The notes under the pieces are model-generated. The model did no database searches. It was not told the DNA's origin and saw only the letters and a list, made by a program, of their open reading frames with translations. A DNA stretch of 63,865 bases, filler included, from Octopus bimaculoides (taxonomy: Eukaryota): NCBI RefSeq assembly GCF_001194135.2. It is 3 parts of 3 records of this genome, joined end to end, with 100 filler letters (N's around TTAATTAATTAA, not from the genome) between each part and the next. Parts side by side here need not be neighbours in the genome. Positions count along the whole stretch, not along the records: positions 1 to 15,960 come from NC_068991.1; 2 more parts are not named here. One strand, written 5' to 3'. The position numbers and the translations under genes are program-made. This document shows, piece after piece, positions 1 through 13,939 of the stretch (its first letter is position 1; each line of letters starts with the position of its first letter).

Positions 1-34
1 ATATACATAGAGAGAGAGAGAGAAAGAGAGGGGC

Positions 35-118
<84 letters not shown>

Positions 119-214
119 CAGACCGGAGTTGCCTTTATTTGTTCTTTTATCCAAGTACTCATAATACTGGAACATACATTTTGAATCTACATTGTATATC
201 ATAAAGCGTTATAC

Positions 215-289
<75 letters not shown>

Positions 290-290
290 A
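1..290. repeat. (AG)n, (AGAT)n, (ATAC)n and (AT)n microsatellites
   Basis: Directly visible tandem arrays. Confidence 0.95.
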
Positions 291-529
291 TTATTTTTTA
301 TATAACACTAAATGTGTGTTGTTGATGTGTATATATAAATAGCACCTCCGTGGGAACATTCTTAAAATTTCTCTCAAGAATATCTAGGTGATGCTATTTT
401 CGCAGTTATCATCTGCCTTCATCAAGCAATGTTTGTGCGTTAACTGGTTTAGACACAATGTGTCACGTTTGAACTAATGTACTTTATACAACATCGCGGA
501 ACGTCTTATAGCTATTGTGCACACGTATA

Positions 530-539
530 TGCATCTATC

Positions 540-605
<66 letters not shown>

Positions 606-679
606 CCTACCTACCTACCTGTCTACCTGTCTACCTGTCTGTCTGTCTCTCTGTCTCTGTCTCTCTGTCTCTCTCTCTT

Positions 680-777
<98 letters not shown>

Positions 778-846
778 CATACATGTGTGTGAATGTTTGT
801 GATGATAGTTTGTGCGTCGTGAAGTGGTGTGTGAATGTGTGTGTGA

Positions 847-880
<34 letters not shown>
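530..880. repeat. Compound (ATCT)n/(CT)n/(AT)n/(GT)n microsatellite
   Basis: Directly visible; source of spurious SIYL/VC ORFs. Confidence 0.95.
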
Positions 881-959
881 TAAGTGTAGCCTGAAGGTGT
901 AGGGTAATGCAAAAAGTCACATGGCGCTAATAGAAAAGGAGCCATTCTTAATAAGACAG

Positions 960-1800
960 ATGAGGACGATGATGATGACGATGATGATGGTGAGGTTGGG
1001 TGGGGGTGGGGAGTGGAGGGTTTGTAGTGGTGGTGGGGATGATGATGATGATGATGATGATGATGGCGTTGTTGTTAAGGATAATTGCTTGTAGTCGTAG
1101 TAATAGTAGAGGTAGGAGTACTAGTAGCTGTTCTGGTTAATGTTGTTGTTGTTGTTGTTGCTGCTGCTGCTGTTTTTGTTGTTATGGTACAAGTTGCGAA
1201 GTATGATGAGAAAGTTGTAATCGAAAGGTGTGTGTGTGATAAGGATGACCTGTTTTTGTCGAGAATGTTGTTGATGGTGATGATGATGATGGTGACGACG
1301 ACGACGACGAAAACGACGATGAATATGATGATGATGATGATGATGATGATGACGATGACGACGAAGATGACGATGATGATGACAATTATCATGATGTTAA
1401 TGATGCTGACGATGATAACGATAACCTGTTTTTCTCAAGAATGTTGTTGATGGTGATGATGATGATGATGATGATGAGGAGGAGGAGGAGGAGGAGGAGG
1501 AGCAGGAGCAGGAGGAACAGGATGGGGATAACGTGGTGTTGACAATGATGAGGACAANNNNNNNNNNNNNNNNNNNNNNNNNNNNNNNNNNNNNNNNNNN
1601 NNNNNNNNNNNNNNGATGACAACGACGACGACAACGACGATGATGGTGATGGTGGTGGTGATGGTGGTGGTGGTGGTGGTGGTGGTAGTGATGACGATGA
1701 TGATGATGATGATGATTACGATGATGACGACAATGATGGTGATGATGATGATGGTGATGATGATGATGATGATGATGATGATGGTGATGATATCATAACG
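960..1800. repeat. (GAT)n/(GGT)n/(GTT)n trinucleotide low-complexity block
   Basis: Directly visible; contains a ~45-bp duplication (CCTGTTTTT..GAGAATGTTGTTGATGGTGATG at ~1249 and ~1425). Confidence 0.9.
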
Positions 1801-2624
1801 GTGACGAAGCTACCGCTGAATGATGCGATGATGACAACATAACAACATAAACCGCATAACAACAACAACAACAACAAAAAACAAATCAACGTCAATACAA
1901 GAACGATGGGAAACGGAAGTTAAAACAGGTTAGCCGGGGGGGATGCGGTGTGAGTGAGGTGAGGTGATGTAAAAAAAATAGTTAGGGAGAGGAGAGGAGA
2001 AGGAAATGTAGAAGGGAGGAAGGGGGAAGAAGATAACGTACAGTAAGAAGGAGGGAGGAAGGGGAGGAGGGGGAGGTTTACGTCGTAAAGTGCAGTGTGA
2101 GAACGAGTCACGTGAGCGAGAGGGGAGAAGCGAAATGTTTGGAAGGCAAGAGAAAATGTGTGTCAAGGTGGCTTTCTTTAGCGATTTGTAGAACGTAAAC
2201 AGAGTTTTGTTTACGTTCTGCTTCTTCTGCACGTGTATATCGGTGCGTGTTATGCGTGCCAGCGCACATGTGCATGTATGTGCGTATGTGTGTGTTTGTG
2301 TGTGAGTGTGTATGTGTGTGCAAACCATGTACGTATGAGCATATGTGTATACTTACGCATGTGTAAGTTCATAAGACGCAGGTAGAAATATCTTAAGTTT
2401 GTTTATGTTGTCGCTATTAGACACACGTGTATTGCTGTGTGCGTGTTGTTATGGTCATACAAACACACACATACAAACACACACACACACACACATACAC
2501 ATGTGTGTGTATTTATAAATATAAATACCACACAACACACAGATATTGTTATATGTATAGAAATTTATATATGCACATACATTTATCTATTTATGTATGT
2601 AGGTATCTATCTATCTATCTCTCT

Positions 2625-2673
<49 letters not shown>

Positions 2674-2712
2674 CATCTATCCATTTATCTATCTACCTGT
2701 CTATCGATATGC

Positions 2713-2760
<48 letters not shown>

Positions 2761-3137
2761 GTGCATATGTATATAAATGCATATGCATGTGTACATATAT
2801 GTGTATATGCATGTATATGTATGTATGTATGTATGCATGTATGTATGTATATGTATGTACTGTACCTATGTACGTATGCATGCATGTGTCTATGTATGTA
2901 TGTATGCGTTTTGTGTGTGTGTGTGTATGTGTGTGTGTGTGTGTGTGTGTTTGTGTGCGTGTTTGTGTATGTGTTCCAGTACAATAGTACGCTCTTCTTA
3001 TACACAGCCCGTTTGTGATGATGTCTTTTAAGGATGCCTCTTGAGAATTATATATTATATAACAACACACATACACACACATGCACACACACACGCAGAA
3101 GTGTTATCAAAACGTGCTATCCCACAAGATGTTTATT

Positions 3138-3234
<97 letters not shown>

Positions 3235-4466
3235 ATAATATAGAACAGGCAAACAATGGTTCCTTGTGTTCTTTCTTAATCCTTAACTATAAATCATTTT
3301 TTTTTTGTTTTCCATGCGAAGCACGTTGGTAATTTTCATATTTGGCTCTCATCCCATCACGAAAGCAAATTGCTTGGCGAGCGTTGACCTAGTGGGTCGC
3401 TCAACCTGCTAAGAATAACAGCCAAAAAATCCTTCGAATCACACCCTTTTTGCATTGAAAAAGCGTAAGAATTCGTGAAAAAGAAAGTGCTTTTAGTCAA
3501 GAGGGAAAGGCAGAGCATATGTGGTGGGAGGTATGCTTTGTCCGGTTCAGAATCTCAAATTGGCCCCATGAATAATTTTAGTAAGATTCACCCTGTCGTA
3601 AACGTTCTATTTGGATCGATAGTTTAAAGATAACTTCATCTCATAAGTCACTGTTTTTCTTGATATATTATCACAGCAAATACATAACTTTCTGAATATA
3701 AAACCCAGGTGATTTCACTCAATAAATATATTTTTAAAAATATATATTGAATTATAGGAAGTTAACAATTGATGAGTAATAGATACAGCACTACAAAAGC
3801 AGAGCATCATGGAACACGGTCAATCAGAAACGTAAATCTTTCAATGCATATACTTAATAATTTAAATATAACTTCATCTCATAAGTCACTGTTTTCTTGA
3901 TTTTTGTCGTGTCTAAGGAATTGTTAAAGTGCCTGGAGCCGGCATTTTTCTTTTTTTTAATTTCTGTTCGTTATTATTCTTTAAAACTCAGGTTTTGTTG
4001 GAACTCCTGAACTCTTGCATCCGTTGCGAGCTTGCAACAGGCAGCCTACGCTACCATGCTATCAGTTCTTTTCAACTATATAACATGTTGCTGCTTATTC
4101 TGGCCGTGCCAATGAAGCAAACCATTTTTGTAACAACTCTAAGAGCACTTTATCCCCTTTTCCTTTACGTTCCTCTCAGTGCCTTCATACTCTCCCCAAG
4201 GACCTAACAAATAATTGACACGTTGGCCCTCTTCCGACTCTTTATGTTCTGAGCTCAAATTCCGACGATCTCAACTTTGCCTTTCTTGGTCGGTAAAATA
4301 AGTACTTGTTGAGGTACATTGGAGGTGATGACTAACCTCCCTCCTTCGTTGTTTCAAGCTTTATGCATCTAGTAGAAAGGATTGTTAAGAACGATCACAA
4401 GAACATTGGACAATCCAGCTGTGACCATCCCATCTTTTTAAATGTGTGCAGTAATACATTATCTAA

Positions 4467-4727
4467 GTGGAGGTGCGTGGCTTAGTGGTTAGGGTGTCAG
4501 CATCATGATTGTAAGATTGTGGTTTCGATTCCTGGACCGGGCGACGCGTTGTGTTCTTGAGCAAAACACTTCATTTCACGTTGCTCCAGTCCACTCAGCT
4601 GGCAAAAATGAGTAACGCTGCGATGGACTGGCGTCCCTGTCCAGCTGGGGAACACATTCGCCATTGAAACCGGGAAACCGGGCCCATGAGCCTGGCTAGG
4701 CTTTAAAAGGGCGCATTTATTTATTAT
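4467..4727 (+). mobile_element. Full-length tRNA-derived SINE (family C here; CORE-like centre, V/Meta-like segment)
   Basis: A box TGGCTTAGTGG, B box GTTTCGATTCC, centre GTTGTGTTCTTGAGCAAAACACTT..., GCGATGGACTGGCGTCCC segment, (TTA)-type tail; 15-bp TSD TAATACATTATCTAA at 4452-4466 and 4728-4742. Confidence 0.9.
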
Positions 4728-5207
4728 TAATACATTATCTAACGTGTTATGGAACTTTCCTGGAGAATTAAATTAGTCTCCCTTTGGGGGGTTGTTTTAT
4801 TAAAATGCCCACAACATGAAGGTTATAACCAATATCGAGAAAGAAAGAAAGAAAGAAAAAAAGAAAGAAGGAAAAAAGAAAGAAAGACGGGGTGGAAGAA
4901 AGAAAAGCCTGGATCTCAGTATGTGATTGGTACTTTACTTTTTTTACTCTGAAAAAATGAAAAGTAAAAATTGACTTCAGAGAGTTTTGAACTCGGAGTG
5001 CTAGAATACATACGGCCAGGGAATGTTTTACCTTCGCGCTAACAACCCTGCCAGTTCCCTACCTATGAGAAGAAATATGACAAAATAGAATAGGTACCAT
5101 GATGTAATACAGCTTACTGCCGCAGACTATACGCCAATGAATTATGTATATGAAGGGATGAGTCATCTTAGTGTGTATTATAGACCATGCAACAATAACA
5201 AAAACTA

Positions 5208-5793
5208 TATGCTGTACTGCTTGACGTTCGCGTCGGAAATTCCAATACGAAAATTTCAGGGTGTTTCAGTGTTAATCTGAGGACAGTACAGAGGATTCAA
5301 AAAGACTTCGATAAGCCTAGTAGTGATTACGAAGGTACGACAACTCGGAAACTCACTCAGATCGTTCTGATCAGAAAAGAACTCCTGAATTTGTTTGTGA
5401 GATCCAGGCCATGATTGACAACGATCCCTCCAAGTCAATCAGGTCCATCGCCAGGGATATGAGAGTGTCTGAGTTTCTTATCAAGTAGGTAGTGCATGAA
5501 AACATTCGGTATTCCTCACACAAGGTGAGAAACGACCAATTCTTATCTCAAGCCGTCAAGTACAAGAGGTAAGACCTCGCTATGAAGCTTTTGAACAAGC
5601 TCAAGCATCATCTCCAACCAAACATGCTTCGGTTTCTCTCAGACGAGAAGAATTTATGCCAGGATCAGATGGTGAACACATAGAACAACCGTTCGCATGC
5701 CGGGTTCCCAAAACACGTATCGGAAGTATAAAAATCAAACATCCAGTCAACATCATTGTGTTTGGAGTGATCGCTAGTGAAGGCGACGTTATG
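5208..5793 (+). pseudogene. Decayed Tc1/mariner transposase (HTH plus start of DDE/D domain)
   Basis: Across stops/frameshifts: YAVLLDVRVGNSNTKISGCFSVNLRTVQRI...RTPEFVCEIQAMIDNDPSKSIRSIARDM...RFLSDEKNLCQDQMVN...KHPVNIIVFGVIASEGDVM; truncated by simple repeat and gap. Confidence 0.85.
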
Positions 5794-7439
5794 AGGATGT
5801 GAGGATAGAGGGGATGACGGCGGTGATCGGTGGTATCGGTGGTGNNNNNNNNNNNNNNNNNNNNNNNNNNNNNNNNNNNNNNNNNNNNNNNNNNNNNNNN
5901 NNNNNNNNNNNNNNNNNNNNNNNNNNNNNNNNNNNNNNNNNNNNNNNNNNNNNNNNNNNNNNNNNNNNNNNNNNNNNNNNNNNNNNNNNNNNNNNNNNNN
6001 NNNNNNNNNNNNNNNNNNNNNNNNNNNNNNNNNNNNNNNNNNNNNNNNNNNNNNNNNNNNNNNNNNNNNNNNNNNNNNNNNNNNNNNNNNNNNNNNNNNN
6101 NNNNNNNNNNNNNNNNNNNNNNNNNNNNNNNNNNNNNNNNNNNNNNNNNNNNNNNNNNNNNNNNNNNNNNNNNNNNNNNNNNNNNNNNNNNNNNNNNNNN
6201 NNNNNNNNNNNNNNNNNNNNNNNNNNNNNNNNNNNNNNNNNNNNNNNNNNNNNNNNNNNNNNNNNNNNNNNNNNNNNNNNNNNNNNNNNNNNNNNNNNNN
6301 NNNNNNNNNNNNNNNNNNNNNNNNNNNNNNNNNNNNNNNNNNNNNNNNNNNNNNNNNNNNNNNNNNNNNNNNNNNNNNNNNNNNNNNNNNNNNNNNNNNN
6401 NNNNNNNNNNNNNNNNNNNNNNNNNNNNNNNNNNNNNNNNNNNNNNNNNNNNNNNNNNNNNNNNNNNNNNNNNNNNNNNNNNNNNNNNNNNNNNNNNNNN
6501 NNNNNNNNNNNNNNNNNNNNNNNNNNNNNNNNNNNNNNNNNNGGGCGACGCGATAGGGATGGGGGTGTGGTGGTGGTGTTTGCCAGTAATGATGGAGCGT
6601 GCGTGTGTGTGTATGTGTGGGGGGGGGGCGTTATGATGACGTTGATGGTGGTGGTGATGGTGGTGGTGGTGGGATTAGCGGTGTTTGTGGAGGTGATAGT
6701 TGTGGGAGTGTGTGTATGCGTGTGTGGATGGCGTGGGTGTATGTGTGGCTGCGTGTGCGTTTGTATGTTTGTGTGGTTATGACGATGTTGTTGTTGCTGT
6801 TGTTGTTGTGGTGGTGGCATTAATGGTATTTGTAGAGGGGGTAGACGTGAGGGTGTGCGTATGCGCGTGCGAATGTACGTGTAGCTGAAAAGTCCTGAGT
6901 GTGTGTGTGTGTCTGTAAGTGTGTAAGTGAGTGTGTTTGTGGTTAGGATGAAGTTGATGGTGGGTGTGGTGGTGGTGGGATTATTGCTGTTTGTGGAGAT
7001 GGTATTCGTGTGTGTGTATGCGTGTGTATGCATATGTGTAAGTGCGTGTGTGTATAAGTGTGTGTGTGTGTGTATGTACATGTATATGTGTGGGTGGCGG
7101 GGCGGTGATGGTTTTTGTGGGAGTGGTGGTGGCTGTTGTCTGGCCGTGCATGTACTTGCGTGTTTGTGAGTGTGTGACCATGTATGTCCGTGAAAGACAG
7201 TGTGCGAATGTGTGTATGTGTTTGTGTGTTTGCGTGTGTGTGTGTGTGCGTGTGTGTGTGAGTGTGCGTGTCGAAATACTGAGCACATACACATTACTGT
7301 TGTTTAACCCCAGGGGAAGCCTGTTAAAGTATACCGACGATCAAGGCCAAGATGTTGCCTAACCCAAGGACAGTCCTCTGAAGATAGGTTGCTATTTAGC
7401 CCCAGGATTGAAGACGTTCTAGAGATGACCCTCACGTCG

Positions 7440-7660
7440 TTGTAAGGTTATCTTTATCTATTGTCTTTTGATTAACTGTCACTGAGCTGCGCCCATGCTG
7501 GGGCACCACCTTGAAGGGTTTAGTTCGACAAATCGACCCCAGGGCTAATTTTTTAAAGTCTGGTTCTTATCGTTTCCTTCTTTTATGTTGAATCACTGAG
7601 TGACGGGGGCATAAACAAACCAACGCCGGCTGCCAAGTGGTAGGAGAAAGAAATAGACAT
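7440..7660 (-). mobile_element. SINE family A, 3' fragment
   Basis: Reverse-complement similarity to the 3' half of the 7702-8152 copy. Confidence 0.7.
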
Positions 7661-7701
7661 AGAAAGACACACTCACAGAATCATAAATATGTATGTATAT
7701 A

Positions 7702-7866
7702 AGCGCAAGGGTGGCTGTGTGGTAAGTAGCTTGCTTACCAACCACATGGTTCCTGGTTCATTCCCACTGAGTAACACCTTGGGCAAGTGTCTTCTACTAT
7801 AGCCTCGGGCCGACCAAAGCCTTGTGAGTGGATTTGGTAGACGGAAACTGAAAGAAGCCTGTCGTA

Positions 7867-7907
<41 letters not shown>

Positions 7908-8152
7908 GTATGTATGTATGTGTGTGTATATGTTTGTGTGTCTGTGTTTGGTCCCCCCAACATCGCTTGACGACCGATGGTGGTGTGTTTACGTCCCCAT
8001 AATCTACCGGTTCGGCAAAAAGAGACCGATAGAATAAGTACTAGGCTTACAAAGAATAAGTCCTGGGGTCGATTTTCTCGACTAAAGGCGGTGCTCTAGC
8101 ATGGCCGCAGTCAAATGACTGAAACAAGTAAAAGAGTAAAAAAGTAAAAGAG
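7702..8152 (+). mobile_element. Full-length tRNA-derived SINE family A with internal microsatellite
   Basis: A box TGGCTGTGTGG, B-box-like GGTTCATTCCC, body ...GGATTTGGTAGACGGAAACTGAAAGAAGCC, internal (TA)n/(TG)n, 3' tail GACTGAAACAAGT(AAAAGAG)n; many copies in window. Confidence 0.9.
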
Positions 8153-8599
8153 AACAAATAGACTATAGTAGAAAAAAACATGTTCTGCGCAGTGGGACTG
8201 AACCCATAATCAAATGAGAGTCAAACACAAACAAAAACAAACAAAAAATATGCTTTAAAAATATGCTTTAAATGTTCTTAAATTAAGAGCAGTTCATTTT
8301 ATTTTTGACAATTATCGACACTGTTAATCATAACATAATGTTCATTAAATTTTCGTGTTTAAACTTGTATCATTAGAAAGTATAATATATACTCTCATCC
8401 CATTCATGTATAGTTTAAAACGTGATTAAAAAACAGAAACAGAAATAATTAATGCTTAATTAAGATAATCTTTCCTTTACATTAAATGGCGCCATTTGTG
8501 TTTGTGTGTATCTCTTATCAATTTTCATATCTTTGTTTTTTTTATTCTTTTTTTAATTCATTTTTTTTTCTTTTTTTTTTCAAAGTTTCAATCAATGGA

Positions 8600-8760
8600 T
8601 TTGCGACGACTCTGGTGCAACGGCTTCAAAGAATTGGACCAACAAATCGACACCAGAACTTAATTTGTGTTGTAGCCTGTTAGTTATTCTATCGGACACG
8701 GTCTACCGAACCGCTAAGTACAGGGATTAAAACAAATCAAAACCGATTGTGAGTATAGGT
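8600..8760 (-). mobile_element. SINE family A, degraded 3' fragment
   Basis: TATTCTATCGG...CCGAACCGCTAAG matches the reverse complement of family A. Confidence 0.6.
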
Positions 8761-8819
8761 GAGGGAGTACAGACAGCACCACAGGCAGAAGCACAGACAC
8801 ACGCACACACACAGATACA

Positions 8820-8855
<36 letters not shown>

Positions 8856-8946
8856 CACATGTATATACACACATATATACATACATAGACACACACACAC
8901 ACACACATATATATGTATATACATATATCATATACGTATATATATG

Positions 8947-9011
<65 letters not shown>

Positions 9012-9550
9012 NNNNNNNNNNNNNNNNNNNNNNNNNNNNNNNNNNNNNNNNNNNNNNNNNNNNNNNNNNNNNNNNNNNNNNNNNNNNNNNNNNNNNNNNN
9101 NNNNNNNNNNNNNNNNNNNNNNNNNNNNNNNNNNNNNNNNNNNNNNNNNNNNNNNNNNNNNNNNNNNNNNNNNNNNNNNNNNNNNNNNNNNNNNNNNNTA
9201 AAATAAGCCTGTCTTTAAATTAATTGGCGCCATTTGTATTTCTGTTTATATAATATCTATTTTAATTCATCTATCTATTTAATGGATGTACCTGCAAATA
9301 TGTGAACGTGTGTGCGCGTGAGGAGAGCGAACTGCTCGTAATAGCACAACAAATATAATCGTGATTCTTGGTACTGTACAGTCACACAAGCTGTCGTGTG
9401 TACGTGCATGTGTAAGTATGTATGTATGTGTATGCATGTATATGCATATGTATGTATATACGTACGTATGTATGTATGTATGTATGTATGTATGCACGAA
9501 TGCATTGTATATGTGTATATGTGTATGTGCGTGTTCTTGTATGTATATAT

Positions 9551-9990
<440 letters not shown>

Positions 9991-10042
9991 CCCTTAAAGG
10001 ATATGTATGTATGTGTACGTATGCATGTATGTAGGTATCTAC

Positions 10043-10380
10043 GCAGGAGTGGCTGTGTGGTAAGTAACTTGCTTACCAACCACATGGTTCCGGGTTCAGT
10101 CTAACTGCGTGGCACCTTGGACAAGTGTCTTCTACTATAGCCATGGGCCGACCTTGTGACTGGATTTGGTAGACGGAAACTGAAAGAAGCTCGTCGTATA
10201 TGTGTGTATGTGTGTGTGTGTGTGTGTGTATGTGTGTATGTGTGTATGTGTGTGTGTGTGCGCGCGCATGTATGTGTGTGTGTTTGTTTCTGTGTTTGTC
10301 CCCCCCAAATTGTTTGGTGTGTTTACGCCCCCGTAACTTACCGGTTCGGCACAAGAAACCGATAGAATAAGTACTAGGCT
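10043..10380 (+). mobile_element. SINE family A copy, 3' end lost at gap
   Basis: GGAGTGGCTGTGTGGTAAG head to GATAGAATAAGTACTAGGCTT. Confidence 0.85.
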
Positions 10381-10939
10381 TATATATATGTATATATATN
10401 NNNNNNNNNNNNNNNNNNNNNNNNNNNNNNNNNNNNNNNNNNNNNNNNNNNNNNNNNNNNNNNNNNNNNNNNNNNNNNNNNNNNNNNNNNNNNNNNNNNN
10501 NNNNNNNNNNNNNNNNNNNNNNNNNNNNNNNNNNNNNNNNNNNNNNNNNNNNNNNNNNNNNNNNNNNNNNNNNNNNNNNNNNNNNNNNNNNNNNNNNNNN
10601 NNNNNNNNNNNNNNNNNNNNNNNNNNNNNNNNNNNNNNNNNNNNNNNNNNNNNNNNNNNNNNNNNNNNNNNNNNNNNNNNNNNNNNNNNNNNNNNNNNNN
10701 NNNNNNNNNNNNNNNNNNNNNNNNNNNNNNNNNNNNNNNNNNNNNNNNNNNNNNNNNNNNNNNNNNNNNNNNNNNNNNNNNNNNNNNNNNNNNNNNNNNN
10801 NNNNNNNNNNNNNNNNNNNNNNNNNNNNNNNNNNNNNNNNNNNNNNNNNNNNNNNNNNNNNNNNNNNNNNNNNNNNNNNNNNNNNNNNNNNNNNNNNNNN
10901 NNNNNNNNNNNNNNNNNNNNNNNNNNNNNNNNNNNNNNN

Positions 10940-10978
<39 letters not shown>

Positions 10979-11039
10979 TATACCCAACGATTGCTGATAC
11001 TGTTACTGTTGTTATTCTGCCTGCTGCTGTTCTTGTTTA

Positions 11040-11400
11040 TCAGGAGGTTTTGAGTTCAAATTCCAGCGAGGTCGACTTCGCCCTTTATCCTTCCAGAGTC
11101 GATAAAATGAATACCAGTTGTGTACATAGGATAATATGATTGACTTAATCCCAACCATAAAATTGCTGACATTGTGCCAAAATTGGAAATAATTATTTAA
11201 AGCAGCAAATCGACAAAATCTTTAGCGCGTCGGATGAAATGGTTATCACGATTTTTCCTTGGTCTTTAAGTTTGGGGTTCAAATTCCTCCTAGATCGACT
11301 TTCCAGTTTATCCCTCCAGGTTCGATAAAATTAGTACCTGTTGAGCACTGGGGTTTGCGGTACCCGACTATGACCCTTCACTGTACCCGCATCCCACAAT
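11040..11400 (+). mobile_element. Two degraded fragments of tRNA-derived SINE family D
   Basis: GAGTTCAAATTCC..GAGGTCGACTTCGCCCTTTATCC and GGGTTCAAATTCC..GATCGACTTT segments. Confidence 0.7.
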
Positions 11401-11579
11401 GAGAAATAATTATTTTGTTCTTACTGTTTTTGTTGTTAGTTCTGCTGCTGCTGTTGTTGTTGTAGTTGTTGTTGCCACAGTTGTTGTTTTTGTTGTTTAT
11501 TCAGCTCAGCCTCTTTTTGACTGCCGTGTTTATTGAAAACAAAACAGAACAAAACAAAAAAAAAAGAAAGAAGAAAACT

Positions 11580-11841
11580 ATTTGAACTCCTTCCTTCCCT
11601 TCTTTATCCTCCAAATTCCTCTACCTTCCCCTCCTTTCTCATTCCTCTGTTACTACTCCTCCTTATCCTTTCACTATCTCTCTCTATATCTCTCTCTCTC
11701 TCTCTCTTTGTCTCTCCCATTGTCTCTCTTCTTCTTGGTCTTTTCATCACACTGTGTCTTCTCTCTCTCTTCTCACTCGCCCGCTCTCTCTCGCTCTCTC
11801 TTCCCTCTCTCTTTCTCTCTCTCTCTCTCTGTCTTCCCCAC

Positions 11842-11899
<58 letters not shown>

Positions 11900-12681
11900 C
11901 TATATTTTACTTTTCTTACATTCTCCCCGCTTTCTCTTTGTCCCTCTCTCGGTTCTTCTTTTTCTTCCTTCTCCCCTTACACCCACACCCTTTCCCTCTT
12001 TCCACTTCCCTTTCCCCTCTTTCTCCCTCTTTCCCTCTCCCTCCCCCCTTTCTCTTTATACAACTCTTACCTTCTTTCTCTCTTCCCCTCCNNNNNNNNN
12101 NNNNNNNNNNNNNNNNNNNNNNNNNNNNNNNNNNNNNNNNNNNNNNNNNNNNNNNNNNNNNNNNNNNNNNNNNNNNNNNNNNNNNNNNNNNNNNNNNNNN
12201 NNNNNNNNNNNNNNNNNNNNNNNNNNNNNNNNNNNNNNNNNNNNNNNNNNNNNNNNNNNNNNNNNNNNNNNNNNNNNNNNNNNNNNNNNNNNNNNNNNNN
12301 NNNNNNNNNNNNNNNNNNNNNNNNNNNNNNNNNNNNNNNNNNNNNNNNNNNNNNNNNNNNNNNNNNNNNNNNNNNNNNNNNNNNNNNNNNNNNNNNNNNN
12401 NNNNNNNNNNNNNNNNNNNNNNNNNNNNNNNNNNNNNNNNNNNNNNNNNNNNNNNNNNNNNNNNNNNNNNNNNNNNNNNNNNNNNNNNNNNNNNCTCTCT
12501 CTCTCCTCACTCTCTCTCTCCTCACTCTCTCTCTCCTCACTCTCTCTCTCCTCACTCTCTCTCTCCTCACTCTCTCTTCCTTTTCTCTGTCTCTCTCTCT
12601 TTCTCCTCGTCTTTCTCCTCTTTCAATCGGTCTTTCATTTATTTTTCTTCTTTCTCTTTTCCCTTTCTTTCTCCCCTCCCA

Positions 12682-12727
<46 letters not shown>

Positions 12728-12760
12728 TCTCTTTCTCTTATTCTCTCTTACTTACTACCT
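11580..12760. repeat. CT-rich polypyrimidine low-complexity tract with 15-bp unit CTCTCTCTCCTCACT x5 (12495-12575)
   Basis: Directly visible; interrupted by gap. Confidence 0.9.
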
Positions 12761-13793
12761 TGTCCTATATTTCACAATATCATACATTCCCCAACAAAAT
12801 CTTCATAAATCATAAATTTAATAAACAAACACACACTTAGAAGCAGAACGTAATCAATAGCAACAAGCAAATCATTTAATATTCTCTTTGAAAAACGGTG
12901 GTGAACGCTGTAAAGTAGGGCTTAGGAAAAAAAGCGTTAACACCTAGAGCAAATTACAAACGCACAAGAACCTTTGGTTGCACATCTGTGCCAACAAAAA
13001 ATAATGAATCTTTAATTTTACAAATGCATAAGTATGCAACTTCAAATAAATTACTATTTTGATCAAGGACTTGAAAGGTTTTATTCCTTTCATGGGTTGT
13101 TAGCGACTTCGTTCGGAGGTGTTTCCAGCTTTCAATGTGGGAATTATTTTACCTGAGCCCATGAGTTTTGCTAACCATTATCGAACATCAAAACAGTGAT
13201 AACCGAGTCAACGAGGGAGTCATATGAGTTAAAGTAAGGAGTCTCCACGTAATTGGCTACCTGTTCGTTCACTCACCTGATTGATTCACCTAGGAGAAAC
13301 AGAAGTCAAAACTCCCTCAAATTATACAAAAATGGCTTGAAAAATAAAGGAGAAAGGCTCATATGATAATGTGTAGAAAACTCCTAATAAATACAAAATG
13401 GGCCCAGCAGGAATCCCTTTGGTCGTGCGTTTCTTCAATCATGATTAGTTTCAGGTCTATAAGATAAAAAGAAGCAGGTACAATATCTATTTTCCCGAAC
13501 CCTTGGTTTCAAACATTTTTCCGGATTACTGACTTTTTCCGAACCAAAGGTAGCTATCTTGGTCAACACACTGCAAATTATACAACTATAAAAAATTTAC
13601 TTAAATAATTAAATGAAATACAAGTAACTGTACGTTAGTATAAATGATGGATGTTTATTAATATTGTACTGTACAAGGTTCCTGTAAATTTGTCTGGTAG
13701 CTATGAGAATTTGGTGAAGTTCCTGCTTTGTAAATCAGGGCATATGATAAGAGCTTCTGGACCGTCAGTGTTTAGAAAGTTAGTATTGTGCTT

Positions 13794-13854
<61 letters not shown>

Positions 13855-13939
13855 TGTGTGTTCAACTTCTCTTTTCAGTGTTTAGTTTTTATGGTCCCTG
13901 TTCTTGATTTATATTAATCCCCTCCTTGTTTCACCTGAC

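Noticed and set aside
3768-3840. TGATGA...GAAACGTA hammerhead-like spacing
   Set aside because: C3 missing; no stem I or II pairing.
13651-13800. Unique-looking ORF VPVNLSGSYENLVKFLLCK
   Set aside because: No recognisable domain or convincing splice sites; runs into (GT)n.
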